Assembly (NCBI RefSeq): GCF_001194135.2
Contig: NC_068997.1
Coordinates: forward strand, 39,748,407 to 39,799,096
DNA length: 50,690 nt
Reading direction: 5' to 3'
Origin: Octopus bimaculoides
Lineage: Eukaryota
Position 1 is the first letter of the stretch; each line of letters starts with the position of its first letter. The notes below the pieces were generated by a model. The model was given only the letters and a program-made list of their open reading frames with translations, was not told where the DNA came from and did no database searches. The translations under genes and the position numbers were made by a program. Shown piece after piece: positions 37,083-48,969 of the stretch.

Positions 37083-38404
37083 CATTGCTGTACCATTCAA
37101 AACTTTTTATTCTTTACAAACAGTACACAATGCTTCAAGCGAACTACAATACTCTCCTATATATATATATGGTTTGTATTCTATTTGTGAAGGGTGATGC
37201 CCAAACTTATAATATATGATGATAACTTAAACATGTACGTATGACAATCACCAAACATATTATGTATAATGTATCAATTAGGAACAAAATCGAGACAAGT
37301 TACTCTTACAATATTTGGTCGTGCGTTTTCTACTAGGTTTTATCTTCATTTTCTTTCTATATTTTTTGTTTTGCATCATTTCATATGTCATTCTAATTTT
37401 CTTTTTTTATGTGATTTATTGTGAATTTATATTAGAAGAATATCTAACTTTGAATAACCTATCTAGTAGTTCTAGATTCTTGCAGATACCTATAGAATAC
37501 GAATGTTTCACTTAGACCATATAGAATCGGTCCGAAAGCTTTTATTTTGTGCTACTCTGCTAGGTTTGATAGTTATCTAACGCCAGGTGAACCCAGCAGT
37601 GATCATCCATACTGCTTGTTAATGACAGTGAAATTGGTAGTTTGTGAGTCATATTATTTTCCTTATAATTGCCAATATCATCCAAACATCTGTTTAAATC
37701 TTTCTGTATAGAGCTGATCGCCCCTTATGTATCAGATTTAAATAACGTTATGTTTAACCACAAAAAAGAAGTATCATATTTAGCATACACTAAGTTTTTA
37801 GGTCTCTAGACAAAGACTTTTATACAGGATTATGCATACACACTGACATGGACACAGACACTCATACACATACATAGAAAATTGAACGCTAGCATACTTC
37901 GTATAATAAACCCAAAAATATTTTAATTAATTGAACCTAGACGTTAGTTATAAACAATCATATCCTAAACCTCTGTGGGGAAAAAACTGAGGTAGATAGC
38001 ACCGAAAAATTTAGTAATTAAAATTAACTGAATATGGGAAGTAGTGAGAGTGGAGTAGGATATTTAGCCGCACGGTGCTAGCATCAAGCTTTCTTCAAAT
38101 TTACCAAACCTCCTCAGGTTTTGCATAGTTGAACTGTCACTGCAGATCTTAGATGGCTTGCGAAGTAAATAGACTTTTGTGAATGAACAGTGAGAGTGGT
38201 TATATCCTTAATGAATAACTGATTAAAAATACTCAGGAGTGGCTATGACAAGAAGACTTAATAGTGATGTAGGTGCTAGTATATTTGACGTAATATTGAA
38301 CTTTTTATTAATTAAAAATGATTGTTCTCTTCAATGAGGAGAAGCAAAACGAATATATTTCACTCTGATAGGTATTTTTCCTTATCAATCTTAAATTGTT
38401 TCAC

Positions 38405-38535
38405 TCATTAAGAAATTTGCTTTGAAACCGCTTGGTTTCTAGTTAAGCCCAACTGCATAGAAGTTTTGGTAAGTGTCTTCTGCTATAGCTCCGGACCAAA
38501 CAATAATTTGTGAGTGAGTCTGAGAAACAAAAACT
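38405..38535 (+). mobile_element. SINE family 1 head, old and degenerate
   Basis: TAAGAAATTTGCTTT..AAGTGTCTTCTGCTATAGCTCCGGACCAA..TTGTGAGTGA. Confidence 0.55.
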
Positions 38536-38599
38536 TTCTGAGAGCTCCGTGCGTGTGCGTGTGTTTGTGAGCATGTTTGTGAGCATGTTTGTGTGTGTT

Positions 38600-39425
38600 T
38601 ATTTTAAGTTATAATGAAAACAATTTTGCATTAATTTGATGGGTTACTCTGTACTTTCGTTGAGGACAAATTTATCATTCTTATAAAAGAATGTTGTTGA
38701 GACTGGCTTCGTGGTTTCGGCCAGTCAAGCTGTCTAATGCAGTGCATTAGAGTTAGTCTTGTTTTGTTATATAGTCTCTGTGTAGTTAAGATCTTCTTTT
38801 GGTCAGTGGCTTTGAGCAGAGTGGTAATTAAGTTTTAGGGTTGGCTATTACAAATAGGTATTTTGGAGAAGTTTTTATTGATTAAATATGGTGTTATATT
38901 ATTGTTTAGAATTTATTTATGTAGAACTTTGGAACCAAGGGTGTAGATGTTTCCCTTTTGTTATATCGGTACAAATAGTGACAGTATTTTTGCTGCTTCT
39001 GGTAGTATTTGATTTAATCCTCATGCTTTGAGAACGTAAAAGTCAAAGGTGCAAAGTCCAAGCCCTTACTAATTAGGGTTGTCAATTACTTTTCCCAAAA
39101 GAATGTAGGCTGGTGGTAAGTTTAGATGGTCATTTCTGTCCTTGCTATAGCTACTTATGGAATTTCTTGTTTTAATTATGTAGATGAGGTTATTACTCAG
39201 GCATGTCAAAACTTTGTTACTATAGAAAATAGTTTCTCTTGGGCTTTGATATTCATAAAAAAATTCGTGTAAAGGTTGTATGCCTATATGTTTCTGACTG
39301 GATGTTCATTGTTCTATAAGCAATTTGATTAGTATATAGGGAATTTAACCTTCATGTTATAGGGAGGCCGCACACCGACGATAGCTTAGTTGGCCGAAAC
39401 TTTGAAGTCACTGTCAACAACGTTC
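38600..39425 (-). mobile_element. Penelope-like element relic: 3' ORF fragment with terminal repeat and inverted 5' copy
   Basis: Minus frame 39209-39069 reads LTCLSNNLIYIIKTRNSISSYSKDRNDHLNLPPAYILL, reminiscent of PLE GIY-YIG C-termini; inverted 42-nt HHR-like ends at 38693-38734 and 39380-39421. Confidence 0.45.
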
Positions 39426-39434
39426 CTGTTTAAG

Positions 39435-39514
<80 letters not shown>

Positions 39515-39964
39515 ACATATAAACATATATATATATATAAGTATATGTATGTATGCATGTAGGCATGTGTGAGAAGAAGCGTCTGTATGTGTTGTCCTTC
39601 TTTTGTGTGAAAGGATGATCCGTAATTATATTAATAAAACTGTATACATGTATGTAAATGCATATAATTATGTCCGTGTATCTGTGTATATCAGTGAATA
39701 TAAATGCGCTTCTGCGTGTCTGATAGTAAGTATATGTGTCTGCATGAGAAAAGTGATTAGGTGTTTATGAGTACAAGAGTTTAATGTGCAGAATCATGTG
39801 TGTATATGTATATGTATTTAAGCGTTGTTCGGATGTTCTGGATGTAAGTGCGTGTTTGTGTGCATCTAAGTGGATGAGAGAGCGTTTTGAGCCTACGTGT
39901 GTATATATGTGTATATATATAAATGTGTGTGTGTGTATATATATATGTGTATATATATATATAC

Positions 39965-40000
<36 letters not shown>

Positions 40001-40859
40001 NNNNNNNNNNNNNNNNNNNNNNNNNNNNNNNNNNNNNNNNNNNNNNNNNNNNNNNNNNNNNNNNNNNNNNNNNNNNNNNNNNNNNNNNNNNNNNNNNNNN
40101 NNNNNNNNNNNNNNNNNNNNNNNNNNNNNNNNNNNNNNNNNNNNNNNNNNNNNNNNNNNNNNNNNNNNNNNNNNNNNNNNNNNNNNNNNNNNNNNNNNNN
40201 NNNNNNNNNNNNNNNNNNNNNNNNNNNNNNNNNNNNNNNNNNNNNNNNNNNNNNNNNNNNNNNNNNNNNNNNNNNNNNNNNNNNNNNNNNNNNNNNNNNN
40301 NNNNNNNNNNNNNNNNNNNNNNNNNNNNNNNNNNNNNNNNNNNNNNNNNNNNNNNNNNNNNNNNNNNNNNNNNNNNNNNNNNNNNNNNNNNNNNNNNNNN
40401 NNNNNNNNNNNNNNNNNNNNNNNNNNNNNNNNNNNNNNNNNNNNNNNNNNNNNNNNNNNNNNNNNNNNNNNNNNNNNNNNNNNNNNNNNNNNNNNNNNNN
40501 NNNNNNNNNNNNNNNNNNNNNNNNNNNNNNNNNNNNNNNNNNNNNNNNNNNNNNNNNNNNNNNNNNNNNNNNNNNNNNNNNNNNNNNNNNNNNNNNNNNN
40601 NNNNNNNNNNNNNNNNNNNNNNNNNNNNNNNNNNNNNNNNNNNNNNNNNNNNNNNNNNNNNNNNNNNNNNNNNNNNNNNNNNNNNNNNNNNNNNNNNNNN
40701 NNNNNNNNNNNNNNNNNNNNNNNNNNNNNNNNNNNNNNNNNNNNNNNNNNNNNNNNNNNNNNNNNNNNNNNNNNNNNNNNNNNNNNNNNNNNNNNNNNNN
40801 NNNNNNNNNNNNNNNNNNNNNNNNNNNNNNNNNNNNNNNNNNNNNNNNNNNNNNNNNNN

Positions 40860-40890
<31 letters not shown>

Positions 40891-41405
40891 TATACATGTA
40901 TGTATATAGATAATTATGTATATATATATGTGTGTGTGTATAAAGATACCTATGTATATAGCTATCCTTATAGATACATATACATACATATATGAATGCA
41001 TATATATATATGTGTGTATGTGTACTTATGTATATATACACATGTATATATGTAATGACGAGGTGTAAGAAAGACAGAAAGAAGCGAATGAATGGAGGGA
41101 CGGTGGACGTGTAAGTAGCGACAGATAGGAAAAAGAAAGAGGAAATTAGAAAGAGTAGGAAGGAGGGGTGTGAGAGGGCGCTGATAAAGAAATTTGTATA
41201 CACCGTTATAAATAGGCAAGATATATTAAAAATTAATTAAGTAAAGAAAGTGACATATTTATTAATAAAAGCAAGAAGCTACGAAAGTTTCTGATAAAAA
41301 GAAATTCTCATATATTGTCATTGTTTACCATCCTTTATGTTTATATGTTTTATTATTTCATTAGGTTCATAACTACAGCAATGGCTATAATATGTGAGGT
41401 TCCAC

Positions 41406-41465
<60 letters not shown>

Positions 41466-41639
41466 TGCGTACATACATACATACAAGCATACATATATAC
41501 ATACGTATGTACATACATACATGAAAGAAGGGTCCTAGTGTAGCCATTGACCATAATGGTGAAAGCAATCTAAAGAAAGTATAGATTCTAAAGCATTAAT
41601 AGTAGCATTTTCACTGTAATGGCAAACTACTAATATTTG

Positions 41640-41860
41640 GATAATTACTATTTTTGACGTAGAAGAAAGGCAAAAGGGCCACACATTTGGATGGAGAGAT
41701 TGGTCGATTAAATCGGCAACATCTCTTTCATTGAATCGAGAAGGATTTGCTAATCGTGGTGTTGCTAATTGCAGAATTTAAAGTAAGAACGTTAAGAAGT
41801 AGAAGAGATACCGAGTCTTTAGCGATTCTTCCCAGCTACCGTCTTTACTAGTTTTAGTAA
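41640..41860 (-). mobile_element. SINE family 2-related, very degenerate
   Basis: GAAAGGCAAAAG..GGTCGATTAAATCG..AATCGAGAAGGAT..GCAGAATTTAAAGTAAGAACGTTAAG matches the reverse complement of family 2 motifs. Confidence 0.45.
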
Positions 41861-42018
41861 AAATATAGGATTCCAAGGCAAAGCCCGTAATACGTAGAGT
41901 CCGTGAGGAGATGCGTCGGTCACAATATGAAAAATAGAGAGTGTGGAATATGATGAATTACAATAAGGATCAGAGTGTCTGAGCTTTCAGGATCTTGTCC
42001 CTCACAGTAACAACATTA

Positions 42019-42054
<36 letters not shown>

Positions 42055-42339
42055 TGTATTTATTGTTTCGAACAAACAAATAAATCTCTCTGCGCTCGCT
42101 AGATTAGTGTAAAATAGATGATAAATTCCCTCAAATCAGACAAAATAGCCTGAAATAATTTAGGGACATATTAGATACTTTATTTCTCCAAAACTCTGAA
42201 ATGTTCGTGTGATCTCCCTGGAAAGTCTTAGAGTTTAATTATTCCTAAACAACAACAGTGACAATTGCTAGTGACATCATTTAGAAATATCAATGTCACA
42301 CTGCTTCACAAACATCAAACACACCTCCTAGTACATTCT

Positions 42340-43065
42340 ACTTTCAACCAATTTGAATTGCATCTTGTCTTTGATCTCGGACGAGTTAGTGTACCGACTT
42401 GACCAACACCGTCTGCCAAGTTTCCTCTCAGCCTTTGAGTCTCACAACAGAGTCTGGATCAATGCGGTGCTATCACTTATGACTGGCAGTCGGCTTGATC
42501 CCATGAGGCTTGGTTTCCAGATCTGTGAGTCTCATCAAGGTCACTGTGCATCCACTGTGGATTTATTTTTCCCTCAACCATTGCCATGCCATTATAGTAT
42601 ATGCCCCCTTCAAACGCCATGCTGCCCTTAACGAAATGATAAAGCATGGCCTGGACACCATAAGCTTCCTTTCCCATCTTAATCCAGTCGGTCCGGACCG
42701 AAGGGACGGTATGAAGCCTGACGGTATGACAACCATCCCGTTCCGTTGCGGTATGCTCCTCATCTTGGACGCCGCATGCAGCAACTTGATATGTTCAGCT
42801 ACCAGCCAAGGCTCCGCTCCGCGTCAAGCTGAGAAAAGCAAACTGTCAATGCACCGGTCGCACTCTAACAAGTTTATAGTCGAGCCTGTGGAAGTTGAGA
42901 TCTCCAGCGTCCTTGATTCCCGAACCATATCCCTGCTAACCTCTATAGGGGGGGAAGATGGTTGTCCGCAGGAGTGAGTCCCATGAGTCAGAGTGGCTGT
43001 TCCAGAGCTTCTCCTTTGCTATCCTCTGAGGTAACACCTTTCCCATTTTGTCTGCTGAGACCACA
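42340..43065 (+). mobile_element. 3' fragment of an early-branching RLE-type non-LTR retrotransposon (CRE-like)
   Basis: Frame-shifted CCHC-like segment (ICESHQGHC..VDLF..PLPCHYS), then RHAALNEMIK, DRRDGMKPDGMTTIPFRCGMLLILDAAC, AEKSKLS, VEPVEVEISSVL and WLFQ..SFAILxGN; typical restriction-like endonuclease tail. Confidence 0.8.
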
Positions 43066-43249
43066 AGACATCACACGCCCCCAGTTCTTAACGTAAATTT
43101 ACTCCATATAATATATGTCTCTCTTCCCTTCTGTCACCATAATTAGTCATTGCAGTTGACGCTTCTTTCTTTTCATTAAAGGTCTAATTTGAATTCATAA
43201 TTCGACGTCTCTGTTGTTAACATAAGTTAGACATAACCATTGCATAGAA

Positions 43250-43560
43250 ATCTCTAACGATAAAACTGAGAATGTGCGTGTCTGTGTGTGTATGTGTGCG
43301 TGTGTGCCTGTTTGTGTGTATGTATGTGCGCTGCACTAAAATTTGAGAATTACCCAACCGACTTCATTCAAATTTTACACATGCAGGATCATGGGCCACA
43401 AAAAAGTTTCAACTTCTCGCCTAATGCGAGCCCGGAGCAATCTTTTATCTCTTACACTATTTCAGTATTACGTGTCAAATGTGAAACAATGACATCTATA
43501 TTGTAAAGTGAGATAATATTTTCAGTTTTAATAGTTTCACTATTAATGCTGAAACTATTA
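43250..43560 (+). mobile_element. Possible Helentron-associated (DINE-1/HINE-like) non-autonomous element
   Basis: TCT..GATAAAACTGAGAATGT start, GT/GTCT microsatellite, then GAGAATTACCCAACCGACTTCATTCAAATTTTACAC; the architecture fits HINEs and the assignment is from recall. Confidence 0.45.
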
Positions 43561-44451
43561 TCTCACATATATACATGCATATATATACATAAAAAAAATA
43601 TATATTATGTATATGTAAATATAGATATATCTATATTATTTATATATGTACATATTATGTATATATATATATGTATATATATATATTTATATAAATGTAT
43701 GCATGTATATATGTGTAAATACATCTACACATATATATGTATGTATATATATATGTATATATATAGATGTATATGTATATATATATGTATGTGTATATAT
43801 ATGTNNNNNNNNNNNNNNNNNNNNNNNNNNNNNNNNNNNNNNNNNNNNNNNNNNNNNNNNNNNNNNNNNNNNNNNNNNNNNNNNNNNNNNNNNNNNNNNN
43901 NNNNNNNNNNNNNNNNNNNNNNNNNNNNNNNNNNNNNNNNNNNNNNNNNNNNNNNNNNNNNNNNNNNNNNNNNNNNNNNNNNNNNNNNNNNNNNNNNNNN
44001 NNNNNNNNNNNNNNNNNNNNNNNNNNNNNNNNNNNNNNNNNNNNNNNNNNNNNNNNNNNNNNNNNNNNNNNNNNNNNNNNNNNNNNNNNNNNNNNNNNNN
44101 NNNNNNNNNNNNNNNNNNNNNNNNNNNNNNNNNNNNNNNNNNNNNNNNNNNNNNNNNNNNNNNNNNNNNNNNNNNNNNNNNNNNNNNNNNNNNNNNNNNN
44201 NNNNNNNNNNNNNNNNNNNNNNNNNNNNNNNNNNNNNNNNNNNNNNNNNNNNNNNNNNNNNNNNNNNNNNNNNNNNNNNNNNNNNNNNNNNNNNNNNNNN
44301 NNNNNNNNNNNNNNNNNNNNNNNNNNNNNNNNNNNNNNNNNNNNNNNNNNNNNNNNNNNNNNNNNNNNNNNNNNNNNNNNNNNNNNNNNNNNNNNNNNNN
44401 NNNNNNNNNNNNNNNNNNNNNNNNNNNNNNNNNNNNNNNNNNNNNNNNNNN

Positions 44452-44484
<33 letters not shown>

Positions 44485-44488
<4 letters not shown>

Positions 44489-44625
44489 TTGTATTTATGT
44501 CTCTGTAACATTAGCGGTTCGGCAAAAGACACCGATAGAATAAGTACTAGGCTTACGAAGAATATAGCCCTCGGGTCGATTTGTTCGACTAAAGGCGGTG
44601 CTCCTGCATGGTCACACTCAAATGA
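44485..44625 (+). mobile_element. SINE family 1, 3' half
   Basis: TAGCGGTTCGGCAAAAGACACCGATAGAATAAGTACTAGGC..CGACTAAAGGCGGTGCTCC. Confidence 0.85.
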
Positions 44626-44799
44626 TTTTTCTACCTAGAAGAGTCTTATATGATTATGAAATGAAGGGTTCTATTTTAAATTCGAGAGATGAGAGAGCTT
44701 TTTCTTGTAAACACGTCTAAGTTTCTTTTCATTATCCTTAAATAGTTTTTCATTGATAACTTCATTTTATTTTTATTAGTTCTTATTCGACTTTTAGGT

Positions 44800-44951
44800 A
44801 TGTATATGTCTGTTTGTTTTTATGTGTTTGTACATATTACGTGTGTTTGTGTGGGTGTGTGTATGTATGTATGTTTATATGTATGTGAGCATGTATATAT
44901 GTATATATGTATATGTATGTGCATGAGTGAATGTGTATGTATATGTATGTG

Positions 44952-45008
<57 letters not shown>

Positions 45009-45384
45009 GCGTGCACGCACATGCGCATACATGTGTGCACATACACATATATATACACATGAATGTATTTATGTCTATATAAGTATATGTGTGTGTGTGG
45101 ACGTGTATTATATTTTATATTATATATATGTGTATATGCATGTGTGTATGTGCATATGTGTATATATGTGTATATGTAGGTATGTATATATATATATATA
45201 TATATCTGTATGTATGTGTAATTTGTTTGTATATATTTAGTGTGTGTATATATGTATGTATACACATTTATCTGTGCATGTGTATATGTATGTTTATATA
45301 TGTTTGTGTATGTGTGTGTATATATATGTATATGTGTATATGTACATATATCTATGTATTTCTATATGTATATATGTGTATATG

Positions 45385-45435
<51 letters not shown>

Positions 45436-45530
45436 NNNNNNNNNNCTTCCCATACACATCCACTCATATGTGTATGTGTGAGAGAGTGTTTGTGTATGTT
45501 TATGTGTGTGTATGTATGTGTGTATATTCT
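44800..45530. repeat. Long compound (TA)/(GT)/(TATG) microsatellite
   Basis: Direct. Confidence 0.95.
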
Positions 45531-45639
45531 TATGTGTTAGCTGTATACGTATTTATTCCTTGTGAATTCATAATAATTTTTTCCTTCATATATTTGTTCC
45601 TTATTCATTTTTGAATGTCTCCCCTGAGCCGGGCAATTT

Positions 45640-46425
45640 TTGAGTGGGAGTTTTTTTTTTAATAAATCATATATGTTCAAATATTGAATCAATTTAAATA
45701 TACTTTGTTATTTAGCTAGAAGCTTCTAATAATATTTTTTTTTCGTTTTCAATATAAATATGTATACGTCTGACTCTCTATGGCTTTTTTCTGGCAGTGA
45801 ACGTGTTATTTATATCTGCTAGACACACGTGTCTTTGTTTACATTATGTTTCGTCTCGATCTTTTACTATTTTTGAAATATATCCGTTAGACTTTTTAAG
45901 TTATAGTTTTTTGCACAAATAGACTTGCATACACATTGATATGTCTTTCATTTTCGTCTCTCTTATTATTATTTTTCCTTTTTACTACTTGTTTGTAGAT
46001 ACCGGGTTTAATTTTTCCCTATTACTCCATCTGTTTTTCCTTATTGAATTTTATTAATAACTTTTTTGATGTTCTTCCTAAAAATCCTTCACACTATTGA
46101 GAGTGACAATGCATAACTCTAATTATAATTATTATTATGATGATTTTTTCTTAAATATTTGTATTGTCTTTTGAAATGTGCATATGTATTGAATTCAATT
46201 TTGTATTAAATTCAATTTTGATTTTAACATATTTTCTCCATTTTAAAACTTGTTTATGATATCTTTATACCTATGACGAATTTTTTCAATAGTTATTTTC
46301 ATATTCTTAATACTTGGTCTGGCTGATTTTTATGAATATGATGAATTTTTTATCGGAAATTATTTGTTCTCTCTGTTTGGATCCTTCAAAAAGTTTGAAT
46401 TGTTCTTTTTGAACTTATTTTAATC

Positions 46426-46464
<39 letters not shown>

Positions 46465-46700
46465 TGCTAGTATTCTATATTTCAATTCTTTTAAAAGTTA
46501 CTTCACGTTCTTCAAACGTCCAAATTGTCATGGTGACCATATATCTCAGCTTAAAACAATCGCTGAGTGAAATGTGTCGGCGTTCTTCATAGTTGTATAT
46601 AACTGCAATAACTACAGATATCTTTTTTAACTGCAGTTAATTTTTATAATTCCTGAAACATTCTGATATCCTTTTTATTGGTTTGTGTCATTGGAATGCA
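45640..46700 (-). mobile_element. Highly decayed Penelope-like element (thumb/linker to GIY-YIG)
   Basis: Minus-strand fragments IP..KRISEC (about 46690-46655), SYS..PSIKNMK (about 46350-46290) and FLGRTSKKL (YIG-like, about 46090-46060) occur in the order seen in the 47.3-48.9 kb PLE. Confidence 0.45.
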
Positions 46701-46916
46701 GCGAAGTTGGGACATCGATTTCAAGATTTTTTGTAGATCATATCGATCCCAGTGGTATTTATTTTAATGACACTGTTAACAACGCTAAGTTTTGGACAGA
46801 AAAAAACTGCATCCAGAGGACATGGTAGAAGACACTTAATATGAAGAGTATTGGGATAGGACATGAGATAGATGGTTACAAAGAATATATATACATGTGT
46901 GTGTGTGAGTGTACAT

Positions 46917-47050
46917 GTGAAGGTGCGTAGCTTAGTGGCTTGGGTATTCGACTCAAGATCGTAATATCATGAGTTCATCTCACGGCGGTTCGTTGTGTCA
47001 TTGAGCAAGTTTACTTCACGTTGCTACAGCTCATTCAGATGGAAAAAGTA
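46917..47050 (+). mobile_element. SINE family 3 (tRNA-derived)
   Basis: AGGTGCGTAGCTTAGTGG (A-box like), GAGTTCAT (B-box like), GTTGTGTCATTGAGCAAG-TTTACTTCACGTTGCT core. Confidence 0.75.
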
Positions 47051-47215
47051 CTCGTAATTCAAATCCCTGATAACTACGTTATGGATATGCGTGTCTACGA
47101 AGTTTTCATTCACTTGCTTGTTAATTTCATGAACACTCGTCGTCGTAACCGATGGAGAGTCAGTTTAGTTACACACACACACACAAACACACACACGCAT
47201 ACACACACACATGTA

Positions 47216-47252
<37 letters not shown>

Positions 47253-47334
47253 GCACACATACTTATACACACACATATACACACATACATATATCGGCTA
47301 CTCCACTAAAAATATACCCACACTATCCCGAATG

Positions 47335-48900
47335 CTGCTGGAAAAGGTAATGGACTTAATTAGCCGTATGAGGTTGAAAGCATTCTTCTATGACCTAACC
47401 ACACCATCCCCTGTGGCACAACACATGGTTTAACACCAACAAGGGAAGAGGCAAAGGAAAGTTCACCCAGTTTGATATAGTCGACTTTTAACCGTTTATA
47501 TCAAAAGGGCCACTGACCAAGGCGCTTTCTTTCGCTAGAGGCTTCACTGACATTAGCGACAGAAAGACAGTGCAGTTCAAAAAAGGTTCGGTATGGGTCA
47601 AGTAATCCAACCCCATTGGCTCCTTTGACGTAGCGATGGGTTCCTTCGACAACGCTGACCTTGCGACCTCATCAAGTTGTATATCCTCGATACACTTAGG
47701 AAAAAGTTCCCCTCTGTCCTCTTTGGCCTCTACAGAGATGACACTCTAGCCATCTCTAAGGGACAAACGGGCATACACTAGGCAGGCTTAGAAAAGATCT
47801 AATCAGTACGCTTGCCTCCGTGGGATTGAAAATCATCATAGAGACCAACCTCACAACCGCGGACTTCTTAGATGTCGCGCTCGAATTGTGTTCCGGTACA
47901 TACTACTGCAAACCAAACGAGAGGCTAACGTACATCAACACAGCCTCCTGCCACCCACCCATCGTGCTGAAAAACCTGGCGAAGGGTGTTAGAAAGAGGA
48001 TCACGAATGTTTCCTCCAGCCAAGAGATTTTTGACGCACGGCCCCAAACTATAACGAGGCCCTAGTTTTCAGCGGATTTAGGGACCACATCTCATAAATG
48101 CCGCAACCCAACAACTGCAGAAGGAAGCGCTTCAGAAATACCATTTGCTTTGCACCCTCCTGTTCTCTCTTAACACAAGAACGCTCGTAGTTAGAATATT
48201 CCTTAACTTAATAGATAAGCATTTCACTAGTTCCCATAGGTACGGGCCCATTTTCAACAGGCATAACGTTAGAGACTCGTTTAACTGTGCCCCCAATATT
48301 AAGAGCGTACTAGTTAGCGCCCCTACGCTACAGGAAGGAGTAGGTTGTTCATGCAGAGACCGCAATAGATGTCCAGTGGTAGGCCACTGCAAAACCAAAG
48401 GGGTCGTCTATGAAGTGGAAGTACTAGCAAACCCTAGCGATATCACTGCTAGAAGCAGTAGCAGCTGTAGATACAAGAACAGAATCAGCAATGCCGTCAC
48501 CATCACATCAGTTAACAACATTAGCAACAATAACAATAGTAGCACCAGCAACAGCATTGGCAATTCTTCCGACGGCATTCGACGGCAGTAACAACAACAG
48601 CAACATCGCCATCAGCAGCAGCATTACCAACAGCTTCCATAACGTCCACAGTAACAGACGTGACAACCCCTGTAGCAGCAGCAACAGGTTCATTGCCACT
48701 GACAACAATAATGGTAATAATATGTTAGGAAAGTCAACAAGGAATTACAGGAATTCTACATGGTAAAAGAACCAGATTGAAAGTACTTTAGCTTTAAAAC
48801 TTAGAACGATATTTAAGTAATATATACCCCGTGGAAGAGATAAATCTGAAGATAAAAAGTGTATTTACTCTGCATCGAGGCTGTGTATCATTATCAAGCT
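47335..48900 (+). mobile_element. Penelope-like element (RT plus GIY-YIG), frame-disrupted
   Basis: FTQFDIVDF, FDVAMGSFD, GLYRDD (RT motif C), TADFLDV, KPNERLTYINTASCHPP, RRKRFRNTI, CSCRDRNRCPVVGHCKTKGVVY and LCIE; typical PLE RT-linker-Cys-GIY-YIG layout. Confidence 0.9.
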
Positions 48901-48969
48901 TATCTATAAATTTGGACACAACATACACGAATTTTTATAACATTCGATTTATAAACAAAACTTTCTTAT

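Larger units (their letters stand above)
36936..37118. repeat. 183-bp palindrome (two 82-nt arms, 19-nt spacer)
   Basis: 36936-37017 is the near-perfect reverse complement of 37037-37118, with a few mismatches, some of them G-U compatible. Confidence 0.95.
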
